A stretch of 64,000 nt of DNA, from the NCBI GenBank assembly GCA_017519975.1, contig JAFWRM010000053.1:27176-91175 (forward strand), written 5' to 3'. The stretch comes from Oscillospiraceae bacterium. Lineage in GTDB: Bacteria; Bacillota; Clostridia; Oscillospirales; Oscillospiraceae. Every line of letters begins with the position of its first letter. Position 1 is the stretch's first letter. The notes under the pieces were generated by a model. The model was not told the DNA's origin and did no database searches. It saw only the letters and a program-made list of their open reading frames with translations. The translations under genes were made by a program, and so were the position numbers. Positions 1 to 8,711 of this stretch are shown here, piece by piece.

Positions 1-1
1 C

Positions 2-193
2 CACGGCATGCCGCCCGCCTGGCGGGTGGTTCTCACGCTGGTGATCAGCTTTCTGCTCAGCAGCGCGCTGGAGCAGATGCAGTACCACTTCTCCCTCGGC
101 GTGACGGAACTGGACGACATCGTGTGCAACACGGTCGGAGGTTTCGTTGCCTCCCTGCACACGCTGGCGTATGGGAAACGGGAAAAACGGTAA
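2..193 (+). CDS. VanZ-like membrane protein, C-terminal fragment (5' end lies outside the window)
   Basis: The reading frame is open to the window edge. The C-terminal ELDDIVCNTVGGFVASL resembles the conserved D-x3-N-x2-G-x3-G end of VanZ-like proteins. TAA at 191-193 is followed by a hairpin terminator. Confidence 0.5.
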   Translation, partial: HGMPPAWRVVLTLVISFLLSSALEQMQYHFSLGVTELDDIVCNTVGGFVASLHTLAYGKREKR

Positions 194-207
194 CCTGCGG
201 ATCCTGA

Positions 208-233
208 GGGAGCCCTTTTGGGCTCCCTGTTTT
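208..233 (+). terminator. Rho-independent terminator
   Basis: GGGAGCCC-TTTT-GGGCTCCC stem-loop followed by TGTTTT. Confidence 0.6.
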
Positions 234-293
234 CATATCCGGAAGCACATAAACATTTTCATTAATATTTTATCGTTTATCATTAAATAATAG

Positions 294-322
294 TTGACAA
301 GTGAAAATTGACATGATATATT
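294..322 (+). promoter_or_regulatory. Sigma-70-type promoter
   Basis: TTGACA (294-299), 17 nt, TATATT (317-322), with TG at 314-315 (extended -10). It sits in a locally AT-rich stretch 57 nt upstream of the ATG at 379. Confidence 0.6.
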
Positions 323-330
323 CTCATCTG

Positions 331-353
331 GAATTAACGATTATCGTTAATTC
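331..353. promoter_or_regulatory. Perfect palindromic operator candidate
   Basis: GAATTAACGAT-T-ATCGTTAATTC has perfect 11-bp arms. It lies between the -10 box and the RBS of the DUF2975/HTH pair. Confidence 0.55.
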
Positions 354-378
354 ATCACACGTAAGGAGAAATCGTATC

Positions 379-984
379 ATGGAAAACAGAAAACTATCAC
401 GCACCGCCGGCATTCTCGACCGCGTTCTGAAGATCCTGCAGGGCTTTGCCATTGCCGGCGTGATCGTATCCGTCATCTTCATCCCCCTGACCCTGATCCT
501 CGGGGAGAAGATCATCGCCGACGCTTCCCATCTGAAGCTGGGCGCCGTCACCCTGAAACTGGCGGGCGACATGTCCGCCTGGCTGGATTACCCCCGCATC
601 AAAGCAAGCATCGTCGTCAGTCTCATCTGCATGGCTGTCGCGGCGGCCGCCGTCTGGTACTGCCTCAGAGTGCTGCGTTCCGTCCTCCGCCCCATGATAG
701 AAGGCTCCCCATTCACCGCCGGCATCTCCACAAAGATCCGGAAACTGGCCTGGACCGTGCTGATCGGCGGCGGCCTCGTGGAGATCGGATCCTCCGTTTC
801 GTCCGTTCTGGAGACCCGCGCCTATCAGCTGGACCGCCTGCTGAACATGGACAGGATTTCCTCCGTCAGCTTCAACTGGATGATCCACCTCTGGTTTGTC
901 GCCGCCGCGCTCATTCTCTTCTTCCTCTCCTGGATCTTCCGGTACGGCGAAGAGCTGCAGCGCGAAGCGGATGAGACGCTGTGA
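379..984 (+). CDS. DUF2975-like integral membrane protein
   Basis: The ATG at 379 is preceded by AAGGAGA (363-369). The protein has several hydrophobic helices, and pairing with a downstream 75-aa HTH gene is the typical DUF2975 arrangement. The GTG at 301 in the track overlaps the promoter and operator, so it was not used. Confidence 0.65.
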   Translation: MENRKLSRTAGILDRVLKILQGFAIAGVIVSVIFIPLTLILGEKIIADASHLKLGAVTLKLAGDMSAWLDYPRIKASIVVSLICMAVAAAAVWYCLRVLRSVLRPMIEGSPFTAGISTKIRKLAWTVLIGGGLVEIGSSVSSVLETRAYQLDRLLNMDRISSVSFNWMIHLWFVAAALILFFLSWIFRYGEELQREADETL

Positions 985-994
985 GGGGGCGGCC

Positions 995-1222
995 ATGGGA
1001 GCGATCATCCTGCGGCTCGACCGCGTCATGGCCGACCGGAAGATCAGCCTGAAGGATCTGTCGGACAAGGTTGGCGTCTCCAACGTCAATCTGTCCAAGA
1101 TGAAGACGGGGAAGATCAGCGCCATCCGCTTTTCCACGCTGAAAGCCATATGCGAAGCGCTGAACTGCCAGCCGGGAGATATCCTGGAGTACGATCCCAC
1201 CGTCCCCGACGAGGAGGACTGA
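995..1222 (+). CDS. Cro/C1 (XRE)-type helix-turn-helix regulator, YozG-like
   Basis: 75 aa starting at the ATG at 995, 11 nt after the DUF2975 stop. LKDLSDKVGVSNVNLSKMKTGKISAIRFSTLKAICEALNCQPGDIL is a classic short XRE HTH. Confidence 0.8.
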   Translation: MGAIILRLDRVMADRKISLKDLSDKVGVSNVNLSKMKTGKISAIRFSTLKAICEALNCQPGDILEYDPTVPDEED

Positions 1223-1391
1223 CGGGATCTCCAAAGGCTTTGAATACAGGATACGCAATCAAAGAAGCCGGAGAGGCCATGGACGCCGCTCCGGCTTCTT
1301 TCCGCATCACGCGGGCCGCTCCGTCACGCACGAAATCGTTGCGCGCCGTCCGGCCGCCTGTTATAATAAGATGTTAAAGGAAGTGAACGGC

Positions 1392-2126
1392 ATGGCAAGA
1401 TTTTTCGTGTCCGCCTCCAACATTTTCGGAGGCGTGGCTTACCTCAGCAGCAGCGATACCGAACATCTGCGCTCCCTGCGCATCCGGAACGGAGAGGTCT
1501 TCACCGTGTGCGACGGCAACGGGAACGACTACAACTGTGTTCTGAACCGGATGGACCACGACAGCGCGGAGGCGACGATCCTGAGCCGGACCCCCTCCGT
1601 GGGAGAACCCGCCGTGCACGTTACTCTGTTCATGGCGTACGCCAAGGGCGATAAGAACGACCACGTGGTACAGAAAGCCGTGGAACTCGGCGCCGGTGCC
1701 ATCGTCCTTTTCCCCTGCCGGCGGTGCGTGGCCCGTCCGGAGGGAAACGCTCTGATCAAGCGGGTCCTGCGTCTGTCCCGCATTGCGGAAGAGGCGGCCA
1801 AACAGTGCGGGCGCGGCCGGATCCCGACCGTGACGGCGCTGGACTCCTTTGAAGAGGCCGTCGCCCGGGCCGCGGAAGCGGACGTGCCGCTGCTGTGCTA
1901 TGAAAACGAGACCGACACCGGTCTGAAGCAGATCCTGGATACCCGCGCGGGAGCCGGCACCATTTCGGTGATGTGCGGACCCGAGGGCGGGTTCGACGCC
2001 GCGGAGGCTGAACTGGCCGTGGCGCGCGGTTTGCGCAGTGTGACTCTGGGAAAGCGCATCCTGCGGTGCGAAACGGCGCCGCTGGCGGCCCTGACGGCCA
2101 TCATGTTCCAGACCGGGGAACTGTGA
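1392..2126 (+). CDS. rsmE: 16S rRNA (uracil1498-N3)-methyltransferase
   Basis: MARFFV N-terminus, and C-terminal SPOUT knot motifs CGPEGGF and LGKRILRCETAPLAAL. Length is about 245 aa. Confidence 0.85.
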   Translation: MARFFVSASNIFGGVAYLSSSDTEHLRSLRIRNGEVFTVCDGNGNDYNCVLNRMDHDSAEATILSRTPSVGEPAVHVTLFMAYAKGDKNDHVVQKAVELGAGAIVLFPCRRCVARPEGNALIKRVLRLSRIAEEAAKQCGRGRIPTVTALDSFEEAVARAAEADVPLLCYENETDTGLKQILDTRAGAGTISVMCGPEGGFDAAEAELAVARGLRSVTLGKRILRCETAPLAALTAIMFQTGEL

Positions 2127-2174
2127 TCCCCCGCCCCTCCGTGGGCAGACCTATGAAAGAAAAGAGGAGACCCT

Positions 2175-4409
2175 ATGCTCGATCGCATGATCCGCAAAGA
2201 CGACCGCCCTGTGATGATCCGGGACGGCGCGCCCGTTCCCGCCCCCGCGGCCGACGCCGCCGGACGGGAAAAGACCATGGCTTACCGCATCCTTCGCGCC
2301 CACCACACCGACCGCGGCGACGGACTGATGCACATCGCCTTCGACGCGATGGTCAGTCACGACATCACCTATGTGGGCATCATTCAGACGGCCCGGGCTT
2401 CCGGAATGACGGAGTTCCCCCTGCCCTACGCCCTGACCAACTGCCACAACAGCCTGTGCGCCGTGGGCGGCACCATCAATCAGGACGACCACGCCTTCGG
2501 CCTTTCCGCCGCACGGAAGTACGGCGGCATCTTCGTCCCGCCCAATCAGGCGGTGATCCACCAGTACGCGCGCGAAAAGCTGGCCGGCTGCGGAAAGATG
2601 ATCCTCGGCAGCGACAGCCACACCCGGTACGGATGCTACGGCACCCTGGGCGTGGGCGAGGGCGGAGGCGAGCTGGCCAAGCAGCTGCTGAAGAACACCT
2701 GGGACATCGAGCCTCCCGAGGTCGTGCTGGTCTGGCTGACCGGCGAGGTCCCCCACGGGATCGGCCCCCACGACGTGGCCATCGCCCTGGTGGGCGCCAC
2801 CTTCCCCGGCGGCTGGGTGAAGAACCGGGTGCTGGAATTCGCCGGCCCCGGCCTTGCGAAGCTGAGCATGGATTTCCGCATCGGCGTGGACGTCATGACT
2901 ACGGAGACCAGCTGCCTGACCTCCATCTGGCAGACCGACGCCGTGACGGAGAAATGGTACCGCACGATCCGGCGCCCGGAGGATCACCGGGAGCTGAAGC
3001 CCGAGGAAGGCGCCTGCTACGACCGGATGATCACCATCGACCTGAGCGCCATGGAGAGCATGATCGCGCTGCCCTTCCACCCCAGCAACGCCTATACGAT
3101 CCACGAGCTTCAGGCCGATCCCGAGCGCATCCTGCGCGAGACGGCCGAGGCCTGCAACGCCTCCCTGGGCGGCCAGGTCACGATGGACCTGACCCATGTG
3201 ATCGACGGTCAGGGGCGCGTGACGTGCGACCAGGGCGTCATCGTGGGCTGCGCCGGCGGCATGTACGAAAACCTGCGGGAGGCTGCCGCCATCCTGAAGG
3301 GCGGGTCGATCGGGGACGGCTTCTTCGAGATGTCCGCCTATCCCTCCTCCGCCCCCATCAGCCGGGCCATCCTGCGCGACGGCACGGCGGAAACGCTGAT
3401 GGACGCCGGCGTGCTGATGAAGTCCGCCTTCTGCGGCCCCTGTTTCGGCGCCGGGGACACCCCCGCCCACAACAGCCTGTCCATCCGGCACGCCACCCGG
3501 AACTTTGCCAACCGTGAGGGCAGCAAGCCCGCCAACGGCCAGATCGCGGCCGTCGCCCTGATGGACGCGCGCAGCATCGCCGCCACCGCGAAGAACGGCG
3601 GCGTGCTGACCGCCGCCACGGATATCCCCTATGAGGTCGAGCCGAAGGAATACGAATACGACGACGGCATCTACGAAAAGCGCTGCTACAACGGCTGGGG
3701 CCATCCCATGCCCGACGAGCCGCTGCGCCTCGGTCCCAACATCACCGACTGGCCGAAGATGCCGGAGATGAAGCGGGACATGCTGGTGCGCCTTACGGCG
3801 GTCATCCACGACCCCGTGACCACCACGGACGAGCTGATCCCCAGCGGAGAGACCTCCTCCTACCGCTCCAACCCCATCGCCCTGAGCGAATTCGCGCTGT
3901 CCCGCCGCGTGCCGGAATACGTCGGCCGCTGCAAGCAGGTGCGTGACCGCACCGGGGACGTGCCGGAGGCCCTGAAACGGGTGCTGGCGGCGCTGGGCCG
4001 GAACGAAGAGGATCTGTCCGTCGGCTCCTGCGTGTTTTCACGCAAGCCGGGCGACGGCTCCGCCCGGGAGCAGGCGGCCAGCTGCCAGAAGGTGCTGGGC
4101 GGCTTTGCCAACATCTGCTTCGAATACGCCACCAAGCGCTACCGCTCCAACTGCATCAACTGGGGCATCGTGCCCTTCACGCTGCCGGAAGGCGCGGACT
4201 TCGATCTGCAGCCCGGCGACTGGGTGTACGTCCCGGACGTCCGCGGCGGCATTCTGGAGGGGCGGGAGGAATTCCCGGCCAGAGCCGTGCGCGCCGACGG
4301 GAGCGTGAGCGACATCACCCTTGTATGCCACGGCCTGAGCCGTGAGGAGCGGATCATACTGACCCGCGGCTGTCTGATCAACTACTACGCCGCCGGCGGC
4401 CGGGCGTAA
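2175..4409 (+). CDS. Aconitase-family hydratase (probable aconitate hydratase)
   Basis: AAGAGGAG RBS. GSDSHT and CGPCFG Fe-S ligand motifs with a C-terminal swivel-like domain. It lies directly upstream of isocitrate dehydrogenase. Confidence 0.75.
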   Translation: MLDRMIRKDDRPVMIRDGAPVPAPAADAAGREKTMAYRILRAHHTDRGDGLMHIAFDAMVSHDITYVGIIQTARASGMTEFPLPYALTNCHNSLCAVGGTINQDDHAFGLSAARKYGGIFVPPNQAVIHQYAREKLAGCGKMILGSDSHTRYGCYGTLGVGEGGGELAKQLLKNTWDIEPPEVVLVWLTGEVPHGIGPHDVAIALVGATFPGGWVKNRVLEFAGPGLAKLSMDFRIGVDVMTTETSCLTSIWQTDAVTEKWYRTIRRPEDHRELKPEEGACYDRMITIDLSAMESMIALPFHPSNAYTIHELQADPERILRETAEACNASLGGQVTMDLTHVIDGQGRVTCDQGVIVGCAGGMYENLREAAAILKGGSIGDGFFEMSAYPSSAPISRAILRDGTAETLMDAGVLMKSAFCGPCFGAGDTPAHNSLSIRHATRNFANREGSKPANGQIAAVALMDARSIAATAKNGGVLTAATDIPYEVEPKEYEYDDGIYEKRCYNGWGHPMPDEPLRLGPNITDWPKMPEMKRDMLVRLTAVIHDPVTTTDELIPSGETSSYRSNPIALSEFALSRRVPEYVGRCKQVRDRTGDVPEALKRVLAALGRNEEDLSVGSCVFSRKPGDGSAREQAASCQKVLGGFANICFEYATKRYRSNCINWGIVPFTLPEGADFDLQPGDWVYVPDVRGGILEGREEFPARAVRADGSVSDITLVCHGLSREERIILTRGCLINYYAAGGRA

Positions 4410-4433
4410 TACGGAAACAGCAGGAGAATGACC

Positions 4434-5645
4434 ATGGAAAAGATCCGAATGACCACCCCGCTGGTGGAGATGGACGGGGACGAGATGACCCGCGTGCTGT
4501 GGGCCATGATCAAGGAAAAGCTGATCGAACCCTTCGTGGACCTGAAGACGGAATACTACGACCTGGGGCTGCTGCACCGGAACGAGACCGGCGACGCCGT
4601 GACCGTGGAGGCCGCCGAGGCGACGAAAAAATACGGGGTCGCCGTCAAATGCGCCACCATCACGCCCAACCGCCAGCGCATGGAGGAATATCCCGAACTG
4701 ACGGAAATGTGGAAATCCCCCAACGGGACCATCCGCGCCATTCTGGACGGAACGGTGTTCCGCGCCCCCATTCTGATCCCGGCCATCCGGCCGGTGGTGA
4801 GGAACTGGAAAGCGCCCATCACCATTGCCCGCCACGCCTACGGCGACGTGTACCGCTGCGTGGAGATGAAGACGGAGGGGCCCGGCGAGGCTTTTCTCAC
4901 CTTCCGCGGCGACGACGGCACGGAACAGACGCTGTCGGTGCAGCGCGTGGAGGGCGGCGCCGTGTGGCAGGGCAGCCACAACAAGGACGCCAGCATCCGC
5001 AGCTTTGCCCGTAGCTGCTTCCAGTACGCGGCAGACACGCGGCAGGACCTGTGGTTCTCCACCAAGGATACCATCAGCAAGGTGTACGACGGCCGGTTCA
5101 AGGAGATCTTCGAGGAGGAGTTCGAGAACTGGCGCGCCCGCTTCGAGGAACTGGGCATCACCTACTTCTATACCCTGATCGACGACGCGGTAGCCCGCGT
5201 CATCCGGAGCCCGGGCGGTTTCATCTGGGCCTGCAAGAATTACGACGGCGACGTGATGAGCGACATGGTCAGCACCGCCTTCGGCAGCCTTGCCATGATG
5301 ACCAGCGTGCTGGTGTCTCCGGACGGCAACTATGAATACGAGGCCGCCCATGGGACCGTGACCCGCCACTACTACCGCTGGCTGAAGGGGGAGGAAACTT
5401 CCACCAACCCCATCGCCACCATTTTCGCCTGGTCCGGCGCCCTGCGCAAGCGCGGGGAAAAGGACGGGCTCTCCGACCTGTGCGCCTTCGGCGACCGGCT
5501 GGAGCAGGCGTGCCTGGACGTGCTGAATTCCGGCTGCATGACCAAGGACCTGGTCGGCCTGGCGGAGCCGGGCGTCGAGGTGCACGCCGTGAACAGCGCG
5601 GAGTTCCTGGACCGGATCGCCGCCCGCCTGCAGGAGCTTCTCTGA
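4434..5645 (+). CDS. icd: NADP-dependent isocitrate dehydrogenase (homodimeric IDH1-like type)
   Basis: About 400 aa with PLVEMDGDEMTRVLW near the N-terminus, typical of the eukaryote-like NADP-IDH family. AGGAGA lies 6 nt before the ATG at 4434; the ATG at 4428 abuts the RBS. Confidence 0.85.
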   Translation: MEKIRMTTPLVEMDGDEMTRVLWAMIKEKLIEPFVDLKTEYYDLGLLHRNETGDAVTVEAAEATKKYGVAVKCATITPNRQRMEEYPELTEMWKSPNGTIRAILDGTVFRAPILIPAIRPVVRNWKAPITIARHAYGDVYRCVEMKTEGPGEAFLTFRGDDGTEQTLSVQRVEGGAVWQGSHNKDASIRSFARSCFQYAADTRQDLWFSTKDTISKVYDGRFKEIFEEEFENWRARFEELGITYFYTLIDDAVARVIRSPGGFIWACKNYDGDVMSDMVSTAFGSLAMMTSVLVSPDGNYEYEAAHGTVTRHYYRWLKGEETSTNPIATIFAWSGALRKRGEKDGLSDLCAFGDRLEQACLDVLNSGCMTKDLVGLAEPGVEVHAVNSAEFLDRIAARLQELL

Positions 5646-5649
5646 CAGG

Positions 5650-6564
5650 GTGTATTACCACAGCTTCAATGAGGAGATGCGTGCCCGCTTCGGCCGCAGG
5701 ATGTACAAGGTCGCCCTGGACGGCGGCTTCACCTGCCCGACCCGGGACGGCACCCTGGGCACCCGGGGCTGCGTCTTCTGTTCCGGCCGCGGATCCGGAG
5801 ACTTCACCTTCGCCGGTGAGGACCTGGTCCGCCAGCTGGAGTACGGCGCCGCTCTCATCGCCCACAAAAACCGGGGCGGCGGGATCATTGCCTATTTTCA
5901 GAGCTTTACCGGGACCTACGCCCCCGCGGAAGAGCTGCGGCGGCGGTACGGGCCCGTATTCCGCCATCCGCTGACGGACGTCCTGTCCATAGCCACGCGG
6001 CCGGACTGCCTGCCGGACGAGACGGTGGCCCTGCTGGCGGAGATGAACCGGGAAAAGCCCGTGTGGGTGGAGCTGGGGCTGCAGACCATCCATCCGGCCT
6101 CCGCGGCGTACATCCGCCGCGGGTACGATCTGCCGGCGTACGACGACGCCGTGCGCCGTCTGAAAGCGGCGGGGCTGGAGGTGATCGCGCACACGATCCT
6201 CGGCCTGCCCGGAGAGACGCCGGAAGACATGGCGGCCACCGCGCAATACGTGGGAAGCAGCGGAGCCGACGGCGTGAAGCTGCAGCTGCTGCACGTGCTG
6301 AAGGGCACGGATCTGGCGGAGGACTACGCCGCCGGGCGTTTCGAAGCCATGACTCCGGAGGCGTATTTCAACGCGGTGAGCCTGTGCCTGGAGCATCTGC
6401 CTCCGCGCGTGACGATCCACCGCATGACGGGGGACGGCGCGAAGGCCGACCTGATCGCGCCCCTGTGGAGCGCGGACAAGAAGCGCGTATGGAACGCCCT
6501 GCAGACGCACCTGCGCCTGCACGACGTGCGTCAGGGCTCCGCCCTGACCGGATCTGAGAACTGA
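5650..6564 (+). CDS. TIGR01212-family radical SAM protein
   Basis: N-terminal FGRRMYKVALDGGFTCPTRDGTLGTRGCVFCS is characteristic of the YhcC/TIGR01212 family. GTG start. Confidence 0.75.
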   Translation: MYYHSFNEEMRARFGRRMYKVALDGGFTCPTRDGTLGTRGCVFCSGRGSGDFTFAGEDLVRQLEYGAALIAHKNRGGGIIAYFQSFTGTYAPAEELRRRYGPVFRHPLTDVLSIATRPDCLPDETVALLAEMNREKPVWVELGLQTIHPASAAYIRRGYDLPAYDDAVRRLKAAGLEVIAHTILGLPGETPEDMAATAQYVGSSGADGVKLQLLHVLKGTDLAEDYAAGRFEAMTPEAYFNAVSLCLEHLPPRVTIHRMTGDGAKADLIAPLWSADKKRVWNALQTHLRLHDVRQGSALTGSEN

Positions 6565-6601
6565 ACGTCGTCACACGACCACATCAAGGAGATGATTCTC
6601 C

Positions 6602-7954
6602 ATGGTTTTTTCCGAGCTGAAAAACCCCGTCTTCTACCGGAAGACGCTGCATATCATGGTGCCTGTCATGCTGCAGTCCCTCATCAGCGTGGGCGTCAAT
6701 TTCCTGGACAACATCATGATCGGGCGGCTGGGCCAGACCGCCATCTCCGGCGTCTCCCTGTCCACCCAGTTCTTCACCATCTTCCTGTTCATCTTCATGG
6801 GCATCGGAAGCGGGGCCAACGTGATCGCCAGCCAGTACTGGGGCGCGAAACGGTACGACTCCATGAAGGTGATCGCCGCCACCGTGCTGCGCATCGCCGT
6901 GGTCGTCAGCGCGGCGTTCCTGGCCGTCACCGTGGCCTTTCCCCGCGCCATCCTGCGCATCTACACGGACAATGAGGGCATCATCGACGCCGGCTTCGGC
7001 TATCTGCGGCTGCTGGGCTGCACCTTCCTGTTCAACGGTCTGTGCACGACGGTGACCACGCTGCTGCGCAGCACGGGGCACGTGAAGGTGCCGCTGATCA
7101 GCTCCATCGTCGCCTTTTTCCTGAACCTGTTCTTCAACTGGGTGTTCATTTTCGGCAAGTTCGGCGCCCCGGCCCTGGGGGTCATCGGCGCCGCCGTGGG
7201 CACCGTCATCGCCCGCACCTTCGAGTTTCTGTTCATCTGCGGCTATTTCGTGCTGTTCGAGAAGAACTTCGGCTTCCGCCTGAAGCACGCGTTCCTGCGC
7301 GACCGGGCCCTGGCCCGGCAGTACGTGCGCTTCAGCCTGCCCGTGATGATCTCCGATACGCTGCTGGGCGTCGGGCTCAGCCTGACCGGAGTGATCGTGG
7401 GCCACATGAGCGAGGAGTTCATCACCGCCCATTCCATCGTCAATTCCGGCAATCACCTGATCACGGTGACCAACACCGCCATGGCGGCGGCGTCCGGCGT
7501 CATCATCGGGAACACCATCGGCGAAGGGAACAAGGAACGGGCCTACCGGGAGGGCGTGGCCTACATCGTGATCGCCGTGGCGCTCGGCGCCGTGTACTCG
7601 CTGATCATCTTCGCGCTGAAGGGGCCGTACCTGACCCTGTACACCGTATCCGACGAAGCCCGCGCCGTGTGCATGGAGCTGTTCCGGTATCTGATCTGGT
7701 TTTCCCCGCTGGAGATGCTGGCCTACTGCGTGAGCAAGGGCGTGCTGCGGGGCAGCGGCGACACCCGCTTCCTGATGGTGGCGGACATCATACTTCTCTG
7801 GGCGTTCAGCCTGCCGCTGGGCTATCTGGCGGCGCACGTGTGGAAGCTGGCCCCCTTCTGGGTCTACTTCTTCCTGAAACTGGAATACGCCGGAAAGGGC
7901 CTGCTGTGCACGGTCCGTTTCCTGAGCAAAAAAGGCATCAAGGTCGTGGGATGA
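6602..7954 (+). CDS. MATE-family efflux transporter
   Basis: 450 aa with about 12 hydrophobic helices. The N-terminal ILHIMVPVMLQSLISVGVNFLDNIMIGRLG is typical of MATE/NorM proteins. Confidence 0.85.
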   Translation: MVFSELKNPVFYRKTLHIMVPVMLQSLISVGVNFLDNIMIGRLGQTAISGVSLSTQFFTIFLFIFMGIGSGANVIASQYWGAKRYDSMKVIAATVLRIAVVVSAAFLAVTVAFPRAILRIYTDNEGIIDAGFGYLRLLGCTFLFNGLCTTVTTLLRSTGHVKVPLISSIVAFFLNLFFNWVFIFGKFGAPALGVIGAAVGTVIARTFEFLFICGYFVLFEKNFGFRLKHAFLRDRALARQYVRFSLPVMISDTLLGVGLSLTGVIVGHMSEEFITAHSIVNSGNHLITVTNTAMAAASGVIIGNTIGEGNKERAYREGVAYIVIAVALGAVYSLIIFALKGPYLTLYTVSDEARAVCMELFRYLIWFSPLEMLAYCVSKGVLRGSGDTRFLMVADIILLWAFSLPLGYLAAHVWKLAPFWVYFFLKLEYAGKGLLCTVRFLSKKGIKVVG

Positions 7955-7985
7955 CCCGCGGCCGCGAGAAACGGAGGTTTGAATC

Positions 7986-8684
7986 ATGGCACTTTTTGAA
8001 AAGAAGACCTGCGACATCTGCGGAAACAAGCTGGGGCTGTCCGGCCGGCTGAAGGCCGCCGACGGCACGGTGTGCAAGGCCTGCGCCGCCCGACTTTCCC
8101 CCTGGACGGGGGATCAGAAGGGCGCCACCCTGCACGAGCTGCGCCGGCAGCTGGTGCTCCGGGAGGCCAACCGCCAGCTGGTGGCGGATTTTGACACGTC
8201 CCGCAGCTACGGCGACACGGAGCGGATCTGCATGGACGCCGGAAGACGCCAGTTCATGATCGTCCGCACGGACAACGTAACGCTGGAGAACCCAGACGTC
8301 ATCCCCTACGACAAGGTCGTCGACTGCTCCTGCACCGTGGAGGAGGATCGGGTGGAGGACCTGCAGAAGGACGAGAAGGGAAAATCCGTCAGCTTCGATC
8401 CTCCTCAGTATCACTATCTGTTCGACTTCATCGTCACGATCCGGGTCCGTGATTTTCCCTTCGACACGCTCACCTTCCGCCTGAACAAAGACAGCGTGGG
8501 GATCCACGGCGGCGCCGACGGCATCCCCGCGGCCGAGCGGGACGCCTGCGCCGATTACCGCCGGTACGTGCACGCGGCGGAGGAGATCGACGGGATCCTG
8601 ACCTTCCGCCCCGGCGCCGGGGGGCAGACCCCGCCGACGGCCGGCGCCCCGGACGGCCCCGCCGGATCCGGACTGCCGGAATAA
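7986..8684 (+). CDS. DUF4428-like zinc-ribbon protein
   Basis: N-terminal CDICGNK...DGTVCKACAARL zinc-ribbon, followed by a beta-rich domain and a Pro/Gly-rich tail. Confidence 0.55.
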   Translation: MALFEKKTCDICGNKLGLSGRLKAADGTVCKACAARLSPWTGDQKGATLHELRRQLVLREANRQLVADFDTSRSYGDTERICMDAGRRQFMIVRTDNVTLENPDVIPYDKVVDCSCTVEEDRVEDLQKDEKGKSVSFDPPQYHYLFDFIVTIRVRDFPFDTLTFRLNKDSVGIHGGADGIPAAERDACADYRRYVHAAEEIDGILTFRPGAGGQTPPTAGAPDGPAGSGLPE

Positions 8685-8711
8685 AACAAAACGACAAAGG
8701 AGACCGTATCC

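Noticed and set aside
301-378. GTG start at 301 for the DUF2975 gene, as given by the ORF track.
   Set aside because: It would place the start codon inside the spacer of the TTGACA/TATATT promoter and translate through the palindromic operator. The ATG at 379 has a proper AAGGAGA RBS.
2151-3809. 552-aa minus-strand ORF (plus the 483-aa +1 ORF at 2066-3517) overlapping the aconitase gene.
   Set aside because: Typical high-GC shadow ORFs with Arg/Gly/Ala/Pro/His-rich, low-complexity translations, no RBS and no motifs. The aconitase frame carries clear family motifs.
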